From Leucoraja ocellata (Eukaryota): DNA of 64,000 nucleotides. Positions 11,950-24,095 of the stretch are shown here, in pieces. The position numbers were made by a program, and so were the translations under genes. Each line of letters begins with the position of its first letter. Position 1 is the stretch's first letter. The stretch covers positions 620,001 through 684,000 of the forward strand of contig JAWMAR010000419.1 in the NCBI GenBank assembly GCA_036785375.1, given 5' to 3'. The notes beneath the pieces are model-generated. The model was not told where the DNA came from and searched no databases. It was given only the letters and a program-made list of their open reading frames with translations.

Positions 11950-12925
11950 ATTATTGTCACGTCTATCGTGAAAAGCTTTGTTTTGCATGCTAGCCAATCA
12001 GATCAAATAATACTATACAAAAATATAATCGTAGAACTCCAGTATAAAGGAGAAGGTATAGATTGCAGAATATAGTTCTCAACAAAGTAGCACCAGTTCT
12101 AAAGACAAAGTCAAATGTCCACAATGGGGTAGAGGTGAATTGGACAGTACACTAGCTTACGAAAGCACTGTTCAAAGCCTGATAACAGATGGGATAAAGC
12201 TGTTCCTGAGTCTAGTGTTGTGTGCTTTCAAGCTACCATACCTTCTGCCAGTCGGCAGCAGAGAGAAGGAAATGACAGGGGTAGGACACGTCTTTAATTA
12301 TGTTGGCTGCTTTGCCGAGGCAGTGTGAAATGTAGATGGAGTCAATGATGGGGAATCTGGTCTGTGTGATAGATTGGGCTACGTCTACAACTCTGCCATT
12401 TCTTGCTGTTTTGGGCAACGCTGTTCCCAAACCAAGCTGTGATGAAACCCAACAGTATGCTTTCTATGGTGTATCTGTAGCAGTTTGTAAGAATCATGCT
12501 GAATTTTCTCAGTCTTCTAAGGAAGTAGAGGAGCTGGTATGTCTTCTTGGCAGTTGCTTCAATGTGGTTGGTCCATGATAGATTGTTGGTAATATTAACA
12601 CCACGGAACTTAAAGCTCTCATCCCTTTGCACTTCAGCACCATTCTTGCTGATTGGGGCATGTACTCCACCATGCTTCCTGAAGTCAACAAGATCCTTCG
12701 TCTTGCTGACAATGAGAGAGAGGTTGTTGTCCTGACACTGCGTTGCTAATTTCTCTATCCCCAAGCTGTACTCCTTCTCATCATTGTTCATGATCCGGCC
12801 CACCGCAGTGATGTAATCTGCAAACATGCAGTTGGAATTTGGCTGCTCAGTTCTGATTGTATAGGGAGTATAGTAGGGGTCTGAGAATGTATCCTTACAG
12901 GGCACCAGCTTTGAGAATTATTGTA
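11950..12925 (-). mobile_element. Rex1/Babar-like LINE 3' fragment (degenerate RT)
   Basis: ORF 12342-12905 with FAD..VGRI.NNDE..Y, NLSL.VSKTK, FKF.GV.ITNNLSW, LYFLRRLRKF. Confidence 0.8.
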
Positions 12926-13845
12926 ACGCACTAGAGTCTCCCAACCCCTGCAGAGTAGTTATTAAGATGGCTGATCTGTGAGTGGTTGCTCCTGGGACGC
13001 AAGTCGGGCCCTGATCAACCCCGGCTGGGTCGTCTGGGCGAGGGTGTCTGATGTTGTAAGAGCCGAAACACACGATGACCCCAGGTCACATCACTGAGGA
13101 TGTGTCCCAGCGCATCTCGAAGATGTATATTTTTCACACTGAAGTCTGGCTCAGTCAGTGGCACCTCGGAATAGACTTGGAGACAACCAAGAATAGTTTG
13201 GTGACTACTGGAAAGACAGTTGACGGCACCCGGGACAGGCTGGGTTAGCACCCCAGTCTGTGTTGTTCGTGAGAAAGACACCCAATAAAGCTACGGAAAG
13301 ACCTAATGAACCGCTGTGGCCTAAAAATCCATCAGGCGAGAATGAAATGCTCGGAGAAGGAGAAAAAGGTGCAGCGCACAGGCCTTGAACCTGGTGAGAC
13401 GCAGGAGGAGCCCAGCCAGGACTCACCCCACAGAGCCCAGTCCCTCCACGCATTAGTCGCCCAACCCCTTCAGAGTAGTTATTAAGATGGCTGATCCGTG
13501 GACGGTTGCTGCTGGGACGCAAGTCGGGACCTGATCAATCCTGGCTGGGTTGCCTGGGCGAGGGTGTTGTCGATTTGTGGCCTTTATAATAACTGTGGCC
13601 TCACACCATGTCAGGTTATATAGAGTTTATTAGGAGTTTATTAGGAACCAGCAATACAACTTCTCACTTGAGAGTTCACTTTAAGACTAACGGAATGCAG
13701 CAGACAAGCTAGTGGGTGTAACTACAAATGCATAACTCATAGCATGAGCCACTAATCTACATCCCCCCTCTGAAAGAATCAATAACGATGTATACCCATA
13801 ACTAAGCAAAGCAAATATCACAACCAATGACAGACTGGTGGAAAG

Positions 13846-16142
13846 TCAAACATAGTCCGGATACTTCACGACCGGCCTGCAAACACGAACGGCACGTGTA
13901 CGATAAAGGCCATCTCCATTCTTTTTCTCCGGGAAAAGAGCAGGCGATTTCACCACCGTGGGGGAGTGGACCAACGCCTCTGGAGTCGAAGCAGGAGACT
14001 GTGGCGCAGGCGAAGATGGAACAGACAGAGGAACTGTCGTAGGCATGGATTGTTGTGCTGGCAAGAGCATGCGAGGGTCACTAGATGCAGATTGAAATGA
14101 ACTTGTACAATCCGGATAATAAGGAGGAGGGACAGGCAGAAGATGTTGTCTGTTGCGTCGGTAGGCACCGCCATTGGCTCTAACAATGTAAGAGTGTGGC
14201 TCCGAGGCGGGACCTGAAACCACCCCAATACGGTCATGGCCTTTGTCAGTCTGTAACGAACCACCTGTCCTTTGGTCAATGACGGCAGAAGCTTTTGGTG
14301 TAACCTGGATTGAACCTCCTCAGGTGGAAAGACATGTGGGATTAATGTTTGCTCTGCTACGGGCAGCGGGATACAGGTCTGCCTTGACAATAATCGTTGA
14401 GCAGGTGAACCCAAGGCAGGGTCACGGGAAATGTTGCGTAAATTGAGCAAATCCAGGAATGCGTCAGATTTAGCCCTGTGAGAACGCTCCATGAGTTGTT
14501 TTGCACTTCTGCCAGCCCCTTCAGCCAGCCCGTTAAGACTGTGGATATTCATGGCTGCTGGTGATGTGGTGAAAATTCCAGCGTCTGGCAAACTCTCTGA
14601 ATTGTTGGCTGGGGAACTGACTGCCATTGTCATTCAACAGCTTGCCTGGAGATCCGTGGACGGAAAAATGACGAGATAATTTCGAAATCACACTGCTGGA
14701 AGTGGGGCTGCTGAGAAAATCAATGTCGAACCATCCTGAATTTGAATCCACGAACACCAGGTACTGCTTGCCGTGTCATTCAAATAAATCAGCTGCCACT
14801 GTAGACCATGGGAGCACAGGTACTGGATGTGGCAGAAGTGGTTGCTTTCGTTGATGAGGTGCCAGGCTATTGCACACCGCACAAGCTGCCACATTTTCGT
14901 TGATGTGTTCGGCCATACCAGGCCAATAAAACATACTTTTCGCCCGTGAAACAGTGGCTTCAGCACCTGGGTGACCTGCATGGACAGCGTCAAAATACCG
15001 GTGATGCAGCGAAACAGGAACCACGGCCTTGTGTCCTTTTAAAACAATGCAGTCTTGTAGCACCAGTTCGTCTCGAACAGGGAAGAAAGGTCGGACTGGC
15101 AACGGAACGTTGTCGTGCTTGTCTGGCCAGCCGTGCCTAATGACAGAAGTTAGCAATCGTAGGGTCTTGTCAGTGACTGTGTGGGCAACCAGGTCCTCCA
15201 TCCAAGATGAAGGGATGAAGGATACAGTCATCACAATAAAGTCATCATCCTGCAAGGGCAGATCCTTGCAGGTCTTACGAGGTGCAAGTGAAAGAGTGTC
15301 AGCCAGGTGCATATCCTTACCGCGTTTGTAGGTCAGGACGATGTCATATTTTTGAAGTTGTAGTAACATCCGTTGAAGGCGCGCAGGAGAGTTATGAGTA
15401 GTATTATTGAAAATGCTGATAAGAGGTTGGTGGTCGGTTTCAAATGTAATAGTGCAACCAAAGATGAACCCGTTTAACTTTTTGCAGGCGAACACAACCG
15501 CTAACAGCTCTTTTTCGATTTGAGCGTATCGTTGTTCTGTGTCAGACATGGTGCGCGAGGCATGGACGACAGGCTTATTGCCATGGCCATCATTCTGAAG
15601 GCATGCAGTGCCCAGGCCATGTTGTGAGGCGTCGCATGTAAGTGTAACAGGCAGTCTGGGATCAAAGTACGCTAGAGTAGAGGTGGCCGACATCTGCCAT
15701 TTAAGAGTGTCAAATGCTGTCTGTTGTTGCTCATGTCAGGTCCAAGCGTCTATGTGTGTGAGACGGCGCAATGGGGCTTATATTTTGCTGAAATCTGGAA
15801 TGAATTTGCTCAAATAGTTTGCCATGCCAAGGAACCTCTGCAAGCTGGGCTCATCGTGGGTGCTGGAAGCTCATTAATAGCACTGGTTTTCGCTGGATCA
15901 GTTTTCAGGCCGTCCTTGGTAAATATATGGCCTAGGTATTTTACGTCATTCACTCTGAATCTGCATTTTTTTGGATTGAGTTTGAGGTGGATGGCATTGG
16001 CACGCTTAATTACTTTTGTTAGATTGGCATCGTGTTCCTCGATCGTTTTTCCAGCAATAAGGATATCGTCCATTACAATGGAGCATGGGTATCCGGCAAA
16101 CAATTGCTCCATGGATTGTTGAAATACTTCACTGGCAGATCT

Positions 16143-16187
<45 letters not shown>

Positions 16188-16529
16188 CTTATTTATATAG
16201 CACATTTTTAGTCAACTTGCATTGACCCCAAAGTGCTTCACATAATTACATTACATTTTACACACAGGCAAAGGTGGGTGAAGTGTCTTGCCCCAAGGAC
16301 ACAACGACAGTATGCACTCCAGGCGGGATTCGAACCGGCTACCTTCCGGTCGCCAGCCGAACACTTAGCCCATTGCGCCATCTGTCGTCCCTTATATCAA
16401 AGGGCATCCTCAAAAATTTATAAAGTCCGAACGGAGTACTGAAAGTTGTCAGCTTGGAGGATTTATGTTCCAGTGGAATCTTCCAGAATGAATTCTTGGC
16501 ACCTAGCACTGTGAATACAGTTGCTTCGG
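13846..16529 (-). pseudogene. Gypsy pol remnant (RT-RNase H-integrase), frameshifted
   Basis: FWKIPL..TTFSTPFG..RMPF, MDDILI, LTCDAS..GLG, YAQIEKELLAVVF, H.GH.G..C..C zinc finger, DNGSQF, LNGLAE. Confidence 0.92.
16147..16390 (-). mobile_element. tRNA-derived SINE with CORE-like domain and L2-like (ATT)n tail, inserted in Gypsy RT
   Basis: A box TGGCGCAATGG, B box GGTTCGAATCC, GTGTCCTTGGGGCAAGACACTT core, GCTATATAAAT followed by (ATT)n; CTTATA on both sides. Confidence 0.85.
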
Positions 16530-16646
16530 CCATCTGCGCCGCAATCTCCTGCTTCGATCCAGAGATGTTGGTCCACTCCCCCACGGCGGTGAAATCGCCT
16601 GCTCTTTCCCCAGAGAAAATGAATGGAGATGGCCTCTATCGTACAT

Positions 16647-16696
16647 GTTCTGGTCTCCGATTGGAGGCGTGGGTTTGAATCCCACTTCTGACACCA
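16647..16696 (+). other. 50-nt copy of the 3' half of mature tRNA-Leu(CAA) including CCA (over-extended PBS; not a tRNA gene)
   Basis: GTTCTGGTCTCCGATTGGAGGCGTGGGTTTGAATCCCACTTCTGACACCA directly abuts the LTR; contains the anticodon 3' stem, long variable arm, T arm and acceptor strand. Confidence 0.88.
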
Positions 16697-17820
16697 TGTC
16701 GATTTGTGGCCCTTATAATAACAGTGGCCTCACACCATGTCAGGTTATATCGAGTTTATTTGGAACCAGCAATACAACTTCTCACTTGAGATTTCACTTT
16801 AAGACGAATAGAATGCAGCAGACCACGACGCTAACAAGCTAGTGGGTGTAACTATACATGCATGACTCATAGCATGAGCAACTAATCTACAGGTGTCTGA
16901 TGTTGTGAGACCCGAAACACCCGATGATCCGAGGTCACATCACTGAGGATGCGTCCCAAGTGCATCTTGAAGATGTATATTTTTCACAGTGGAAGATAGG
17001 CTGGCACCTAACCTCACTGATTGTGGTCTGTGGGTCAGAAAATCAAGGAAACAGTAGCAGAGGGGGTGCTGATTTCATAGTTCCAGTAGTTTACAGATGT
17101 TATGGTGTTGAAGGCAGAGCTATAGTTATCTAGGTTTTGTGAATTTCTTCTGATGGCTGATAACATAATGCTTTCTCAGCCTCCTAGTGATTATGGTCTC
17201 TGAGTTTGTTTCAGGAAGCTTTACAGATGAATCTGCGTCAATGTCCATACAGATGAAATATCTGAAGAGCAACATTAACGACAGATCAGGAATAGAAGGT
17301 GTGGCCATTTTTTATTTTCCTAGATCAGTGATGCTAAAAACAATTATAAAAGCAGCAAGATGACATTTCTAGTAGGGATTCACACCAGCAAAATCTGGCC
17401 CATTATTCTTTTCTGAACTTTAAATTTTCAATTAGGTTTTTTTAAATCTTGAATCTTCTCATCTTAGAATAAATATTTCTAAAAATGGGACAATCTTATT
17501 GGCCTTAACGTCATTCCTCAAATGCTTCCATCGGCTTCTGTTGGTGTACATCATTACTGTTAGAATTGCATTCAGTTTGCTTACTGCAAACTAGGACAGG
17601 AATTGACTCAAAATTAAAAATAGTGTAATTAAAGCCAACTTTCTTCTTAAGGCCTCCTATAATCTTTTCTTATAAAGTCATGCTTTCTGTTTTTAGAATA
17701 TTCATATTTACTGAATAAGCAACCATTTCAAAACTGGTCACTTGTAAGCAGGGGCTAAATTATTTAAAAAGGGAGAATCTAAATATACATTTTACGAACT
17801 ATTACATAAATCTTTGCTAC

Positions 17821-17991
17821 CTCGTGAGTATATGTGCGCACAGGAACTCCGAAAGCCCTTGCCAATCCAAAATCTGCCAACTTGATTGCACCACCATCAT
17901 TAATGAGCAAGTTTTGTGGTTTCAGATCTCGATGAAGGACTCTGTGAGAGTGACAGAATGCGACACCTTGAAGCAGCTGGAATAGATAACT
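17821..17991 (-). CDS. CDK2/CDK3-type kinase, coding exon 4
   Basis: 171 bp, [61 protein letters not shown] flanked. Confidence 0.96.
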
Positions 17992-19519
17992 CTGCCAAAA
18001 GAGGGGTTTCATTATTTGAACATTTTGCATCCAGAAATAAACAATTCAGTTATCTACTGCAGGCAAATTTCTATATTTCTATCAAACAATCCCTATTATT
18101 GCACATAAAAATCTGCTCAATCATTCTTGTTATACAAAATGAGAGTAACATGTGTACACCAATGATTCAGGAGTAAACAAACATGCAGACAGCTGATAAA
18201 TGAGACATGAGTGTCTTATTTATCAGCTGGTTCTCATACTGAGACAAGTTATAGAGCTCTCTCATCCAGAATCAAAAAGTAATTTCAAGGTGCTCCTATT
18301 CCATGGCCCTAATGTTACAGGTAATTTTAGCCCAATTTGGATTTAACAGGGTACAAGGAAGTAAACTGTTCCCTGGAGACCGGTGATTCATTTAAATATT
18401 TTAACAATGCTGTGTCTCAGATTTTATCTATTTTTCTGGCTTAATATTTGCTGGCCAGGTCACCCAGGATATGGGGAAAACAGCAATTAAATATATAAGT
18501 GGACTGTTACATGGATAATGTGCTTTTCTGTAATGCTGTGAGCTAGGAAAACCAGTGATATTCCAACCTCATCCCCAAATAAATCCACTTCCACTCCATA
18601 TAAATCAAACCACTCATTCTCCACCATCTCCCCACAACAGTTCCCTCTACACCCACCCACCCTCCCGACCCCCTCTCTGCTAACCATTCAAACTATTTTG
18701 TATATTATTCAGAGATATCTTGTTGAGTAGCAGAAAGCCTAGAAGATCCAGTGTTTAAGCCTCCCCTGGAGTATTCCCTAATGGAACCCATCAATTTGGC
18801 TAGTTTCTAGATGTATATCTGCTACAATAATGTATGCATGTTGTGGACTTAAATCTCCAGATCTACACCCCTCCATGTCTTCCTCCCGCAATCTGTAAAG
18901 GAATCCTCTTTCATGGCTCTCCTATAAATGATGTTTAGGGAAAAGATGCTTTCAAGAACAATTCACCAAAAAGATCCAAGGTATAAAGTTGATAAGAGAT
19001 GAAAAAAACAGACCAAAAAGATCTTCAATTACAAAGTTGTCAGCATTATAAAGCCAAATAGACAAATGTACATTAATGTTCATATGCTTAGTCCAGTTTG
19101 AACAAGATTTCACCCTGCATCCAGAGTTCTATTTGAGTTAAACTGAAAATCAAAGTCAGTTCTTTTCTTTTAAAGGCTTTAACATTTACACATAATGATG
19201 CTGCAATGTAATTTTGGTAAACATTATTATTTAAGTCTATTTCCATTAATTGCAACATGTCACGTTCCAAATTATGTCTCCCAGTAGATCCAAAAAACAA
19301 CAAGGTTGACTGGTTATCAAGCCTGACAAAAGAGGCATGTGTGTGTGTGTGACAGTATTTTATAGAAGAGACAATTGAAAAACAACTAGGTAAACACAAA
19401 ATGCTGGAGTAACTCAGCGGGACAAGCAGCATCTCTGGAGAGAAGGAATGGGTGACGTTTCGAATCAACACCCTTCTTTAGACTAATTACATACTGAAAA
19501 ACAACTAACTTTTAATTAC

Positions 19520-19640
19520 CTTAACTAATTGCAAAGGGAGTCCAGTAGGTGGAGCAGAGTCCATATACTTCTTCAGATCTTGATTGAGAAATTCAAACAC
19601 CAAGTACAATTTCTTTTCACTGTGGATAACATCTAGCAGT
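19520..19640 (-). CDS. CDK2/CDK3-type kinase, coding exon 3
   Basis: 121 bp, [40 protein letters not shown]. Confidence 0.95.
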
Positions 19641-19792
19641 CTAGAGTAAATGTACACAAATTATTCTTATTACTTTGATGGGTTCATCACAATATCATAA
19701 TTTAATGGAAATAAAATGCACAAAGTCTTCACATCTTTAGCCTCAAAAATGAGGGTCTGGATTATAGTTTTTGTTGGCAAAATAAGAGACCT

Positions 19793-21797
19793 TAGAAACA
19801 TAGAAAATAGGTGCAGGAGTAGGCCATTCGGCCCTTCAAACCTGCACCGCCATTCAATATGATCATGGCTGATCATCCAACTCAGTATCCTGTACCCGCC
19901 TTCTCTCCATACCCCCTGATCCCTTTAGCCACAAGGGCCACATCTAACTCCCTCTTAAAAATATAGCCAATGAACTGGTCTCAACTACCTTCTGTGGCAG
20001 AGTTCCAGAGATTCACCACTCTCTGTGTGAAAAATATTTTTCTCATCTCAGTCCTAAAGGATTTCCCCTTTATCCTTAAACTGTGACCCCTTGTCCTGGA
20101 CTTCCCCAACATCGGGAACAATCTTCCTGCATCTAACCCCTTAAGAATTTTGTAAGTTTCTATAAGGTCCCCCCTCAATCTTCTAAATTCTAGCGAGTAC
20201 AAGCCAAGTCTATCCAGTCTTTCTTCATATGAAAGTTCTGACATCCCAGGAATCAGTCTGGTGAACCTTCTCTGTACTCCCTCTACGGCAAGAATGTCTT
20301 TCCTCAGATTTGGAAACCAAAACTGTACGCAGTACTCCAGGTGTGGTCTCACGTAGACCCTGTACAACTGCAGTAGATCCTCTCTGCTGCTATACTCAAA
20401 TCCTTTTGCTATGAATGCTAACATACCATTCGCTGGTGTACCATGCCACCCAGGTCTAATTGGCCACTATTTAGATAATAGTCTACTTTCCTGTTTTTGC
20501 CACCAAAGTGGATAACCTCACATGTATCCACATTATACTGCATCTGCCATGCATTTGACCACTCACCCAGCCTATCCAAGTCACCTTGCAGCCTCCTAGC
20601 ATCCTCCTCACAGCTAACACTGCCCCCCAACTTCGTGTCATCCGCAAACTTGGAGATGTTGCATTCAATTCCCTCATCCAAATCATTAATATATATTGTA
20701 AATAGCTGGGGTCCCAGCACTGAGCCTTGCGGTACCCCACTAGTCACTGCCTGCCATTCTGAAAATGACCCGTTTACTCCTACTCTTTGCTTCCTGTTTG
20801 CCAGCCAGTTCTCTATCCACATCAATACTGAACCCCCAATACCTTGTGCTTTAAGTTTGTATACTAATCTCTTATGTGGGACCTTGTCGAAAGCCTTCTG
20901 AAAGTCCAGATGTAACACATCCACTGGTTCTCCCTTATCCACTCGACTAGTTACATCCTCGAAAAATTCTATAAGATTCGTCAGACATGATTTACTTTTC
21001 GTAAATCCATGCTGACTTTGTCCAATGATTTCACCACTTTCCAAATGTGCTGCTATCCCATCTTTAATAACTGACTCTAGCAGTTTCCCCACAACCGATG
21101 TTAGACTAACTGGTCTGTAATTCCCCGTTTTCTCTCTCCCTCCCTTTTTAAAAAGTGGGGTTAGATTAGCTACCCTCCAATCCTCAGGAACTACTCCAGA
21201 ATCTAAGGAGTTTTGAAAAATTATCACTAATGCATCCACTATATCTGGGGCTACTTCCTTAAGTACTCTGGGATGCAGCCTATCTGGCCCTGGGGATTTA
21301 TCAGCTTTTAATCCATTCAATTTACCTAACACCATTTCCCGGCTAACCTGGATTTCACTCAGTTCCTCCATCTCATTTGACCCGCGGTCCCCTGCTATTT
21401 CCGGCAGATTATTTGTATCTTCCATAGTGAAGACAGAACCAAAGTAGTTATTCAATTGGTCTGCCATGTCCTTGTTCCCCATGATCAATTCACCTGTTTC
21501 TGACTGCAAAGGACCTACATTTGTTTTAACTAATCTCTTTCTCTTCACATATCTATAAAAACTTTTGCAGTCAGTTTTTATGTTCCCTGCCAGTTTTCTT
21601 TCATAATCTATTTTCCCTTTCTTAATTATGTCCTTCTCTGCTGGACTCTCTGCTGAATTATGTCCTCCTCTGCTGAATTTCTCCCAGTCCTCTGGTAGGC
21701 TGCTTTTTCTGGCTAATTTGTACGCTTCATCTTTTGTTTTGATACAATCCCTGATTTCCCTTGTTATCCACGGATGCACTACCTTCCCTGGTTTATT
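19793..21797 (-). mobile_element. CR1 LINE, ~2 kb 3' portion (ORF2 RT with internal deletions)
   Basis: ORFs 20418-21779 and 19981-20424 with KSPGPD, NYRPVSLTS, LDFQKAFD, GVPQGSVLGP, KFADD; CR1 tail at the low end. Confidence 0.95.
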
Positions 21798-21896
21798 GAG
21801 TGAATCCTTGAGTGAAAGGTCAATCTATATATCCCTGACAATCAGGTATAAAGATTAAAGTTCCAGTTCTTGAACACATTTTTAATAAAACTAAGG

Positions 21897-22206
21897 GCGC
21901 AGCAGTAGAGTTGCTGCCTTGCAGTGCTTAGAGTGCCGGAGAACAGGGTTCGATCCTAACTACAGGTGCTGCCTGTACGAAGTTTGTACGTTCTCCCCGT
22001 GACCGCATGAGTTTTCTCCGAGATTTTCGGTTTCCTCCAAAACTCCAAAGACGTACAGGTATGTAGGTTAATTGGCTTGGTGCATGTGTAAAATTTTCGC
22101 TAGTGTGTGTAGGATAGTGTGAGTGTGCGGGGATCACTGGTCGGTGTGGACTCAGTGGGCTGAAGGGCCTGTTTCCGCACTGTATCTCTAAACTAAACTA
22201 AACTAA
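21897..22206 (+). mobile_element. HE1/V-SINE
   Basis: tRNA-like head (GGTTCGATCC), V domain TTTGTACGTTCTCCCCGTG..GGTTTCCTCC, CR1-like tail (CTAAA)n. Confidence 0.85.
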
Positions 22207-22208
22207 AA

Positions 22209-22340
22209 TGTTTAAGAAGGAACTGCAGATGCTGGAAAATCGAAGGTACACAAAAATGCTGGAGAAAATCAGCGGGTGCAGCAGCATCTCTGGAGCGAAG
22301 GAAATAGGCAACGTTTCGGGCCGAAACCCTTCTTCAGACT
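22209..22340 (-). mobile_element. Penelope pLTR-derived short repeat with minimal hammerhead core
   Basis: Near-identical to the 3' end of the Penelope at 32928-33059; minus strand reads AGTCTGAAGAAGGGTTTCGGCCCGAAACGTTGC. Confidence 0.75.
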
Positions 22341-23261
22341 AAAATGTTTGTTAATATAATAAGAGAAGGCTTCAGAATTCACCAGTTAAGTTGCTAAGTG
22401 GCTAATATCTCTGATTTATGATCTACAAATAGGTTCAGGCTTGCATTTGTACACATCTCAAAGGTGTGCAGGTCAGTAGGATAATTGGCCCCTATAAATT
22501 GCCCTGAGTGTGTAGGTTAGTAATAGAATCTGGCAATAGAATGTGCAGAGAATGGAATTGATTGGATTATTGTTGGAGTTGGTGGCCTAACAGGCCTGTT
22601 TCTATGCTGTATTTCTCTATGACACTAATGTAAAGGGTGTGACAAAATAGAATTAGTCTTAATTAGTTAAGATTCTAATAAAATGAAAACGTGGCCGGTA
22701 ACATGCATGAGCTGTTAAAGAACAGAGGCAGCAAGTACACATAAGTATTGATCTTAGTCAAAGCCAAGAAATAAAAAGAGCCAAGAAGAGCTGAAAGAAA
22801 GTTTAAAGATATTAGAAGAACTATGTAGGGCACAAGCCTTTGTTCTTCCATTGTGTTTGGTGTCTTTCAGTAAGTAGCCAAATGGTTTTGATATCTTCCA
22901 TAATAAAAGAAACTTAAAACCACTTCAAGGAAAAACACTGTTTGGCGGAAATGTTGCCTCAGATTACCACATGTATAAAATAGTGCATTCCTACTTTATG
23001 CTTACCATAACTATAGATCATTTTGAATGCCTATTATTCATGAGTACTGCTTTCAAACCCAACTAACAATACTTGTCTGTTCCCGAACCGTGGATATGGT
23101 AAATATCTATTACATTCTTATGTTTGAACAGCAGCAATAAAGGGTGCTGCAATACTAATAAATTCTATGAAGGAAACAACATCATTTACTTAAGATGGAG
23201 AATAATTAAAAATCATAATAAGTTAATCATTTTCTCACCCAATCAAAAATATTTTTCTTAC

Positions 23262-23339
23262 CTCACAATATTTCGATGATTTAATTCTTTTAACAATGAT
23301 ATTTCTCGAATAGCAGTACTGGGCACTCCTTCCATTTCC
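23262..23339 (-). CDS. CDK2/CDK3-type kinase, coding exon 2 (PSTAIRE)
   Basis: 78 bp, [29 protein letters not shown] flanked. Confidence 0.96.
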
Positions 23340-23679
23340 CTATATTTAAGAATAATGAACATTTATATATATTTTACATTTACTTTCACACCTTGGTCTT
23401 ATGCAATAACCTTTCTTTCTTTTTCAATTCTATCTTCAGGATTTTCCCATTGAATTCTCCCAACTATCAAACAAGCTAATTATCCTGATTCCTAAAATAA
23501 TTAATCATTGCAAAAATTATTCTTAACAGGAGCTCTCCAAATATAGCGAGGAAAACCGATTCTCATCCACATATAGTAATACAACAAGGAAACAGGTCCT
23601 TCAGCCCATCTTGACTATCTAATGCCTCATCTAAACTAATTCCATTTGTTCGTCCATATCCCTCTAAACCCTTCCCATT

Positions 23680-24095
23680 GTATGGTATTGTATTGAATTC
23701 AAATTTATTGTCATTGTCTCAATTAGAGACAACGAAATGAATTTCCCTTTACAGTCAGTATCATAAAAATAAATAAATAATAAATATTAAAACATATTAA
23801 AAAAATAAAATAGAAAAAAAAAAAAAGCACAAACACAGAAAGTCCACGACGCAACATAACACAGTGGCACCAAGGTGAGGAAGGCACCATTGTCCAGCCA
23901 GCCTCCCCTCCGATCTTCCCAGATGTTCATCCGTGGTCGGGGCCTTCCGAGCACCCGCAGTCGCCGCCCCGGGTGGCCCGATGTTCAGGCCCTCACGCCG
24001 GGCTAGTGGAACGCCAACGCCGATCCCCGACAGTGAAAATCCTCCTCCTCAGCGGCCCGGACCTCCTGATCAGACGTCTCCCACAGCCGTCTTCC
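23680..24095 (-). mobile_element. Non-coding retroposon with GC-rich body and LINE-like tail, related to 63685-64000, inserted in an older CR1 (23570-24530)
   Basis: Shared GAAGGCACCA and GG.GGCCCGATG motifs and a TT.ATTGTCA tail; the flanks continue a CR1 sequence. Confidence 0.5.

Larger units (their letters stand above)
13568..16891 (-). mobile_element. Gypsy/Ty3 LTR retrotransposon, gag/protease-less rearranged copy
   Basis: TG...CA LTRs at 13568-13761 and 16697-16891, 5-bp TSD GGTGT (13563-13567, 16892-16896), PPT GAGGGGGGA next to the 3' LTR, tRNA-Leu PBS. Confidence 0.95.
12927..16993 (+). mobile_element. Internally deleted Hero-like (RLE non-LTR) elements in head-to-tail tandem, with the second unit split by the Gypsy insertion
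   Basis: GLKIHQARMKC and PGETQEEP..DSPHRAQSL N-terminal remnants (13318-13450) fused to the IK.ADPW..AGTQVG* C-terminus and 3' UTR; the 3' segment occurs twice (12927-13143 and 13448-13567+16897-16993). Family call is from recalled Hero motifs. Confidence 0.65.

Noticed and set aside
15810-16205. Poly-isoleucine protein
   Set aside because: The (ATT)n SINE tail is read into Gypsy RT
16647-16696. tRNA-Leu gene
   Set aside because: Only the 3' half is present, with encoded CCA abutting an LTR; no D arm or A box
16897-16925. Hammerhead-like CTGATG...GAAAC in the Hero 3' UTR
   Set aside because: Core reads CTGATGT rather than CTGANGA and no stem II; a plain hairpin explains it
18366-18380. LFPGD-like motif suggesting CDK exon 6
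   Set aside because: Wrong strand and position, with no continuation; exons 6-7 must lie left of the window
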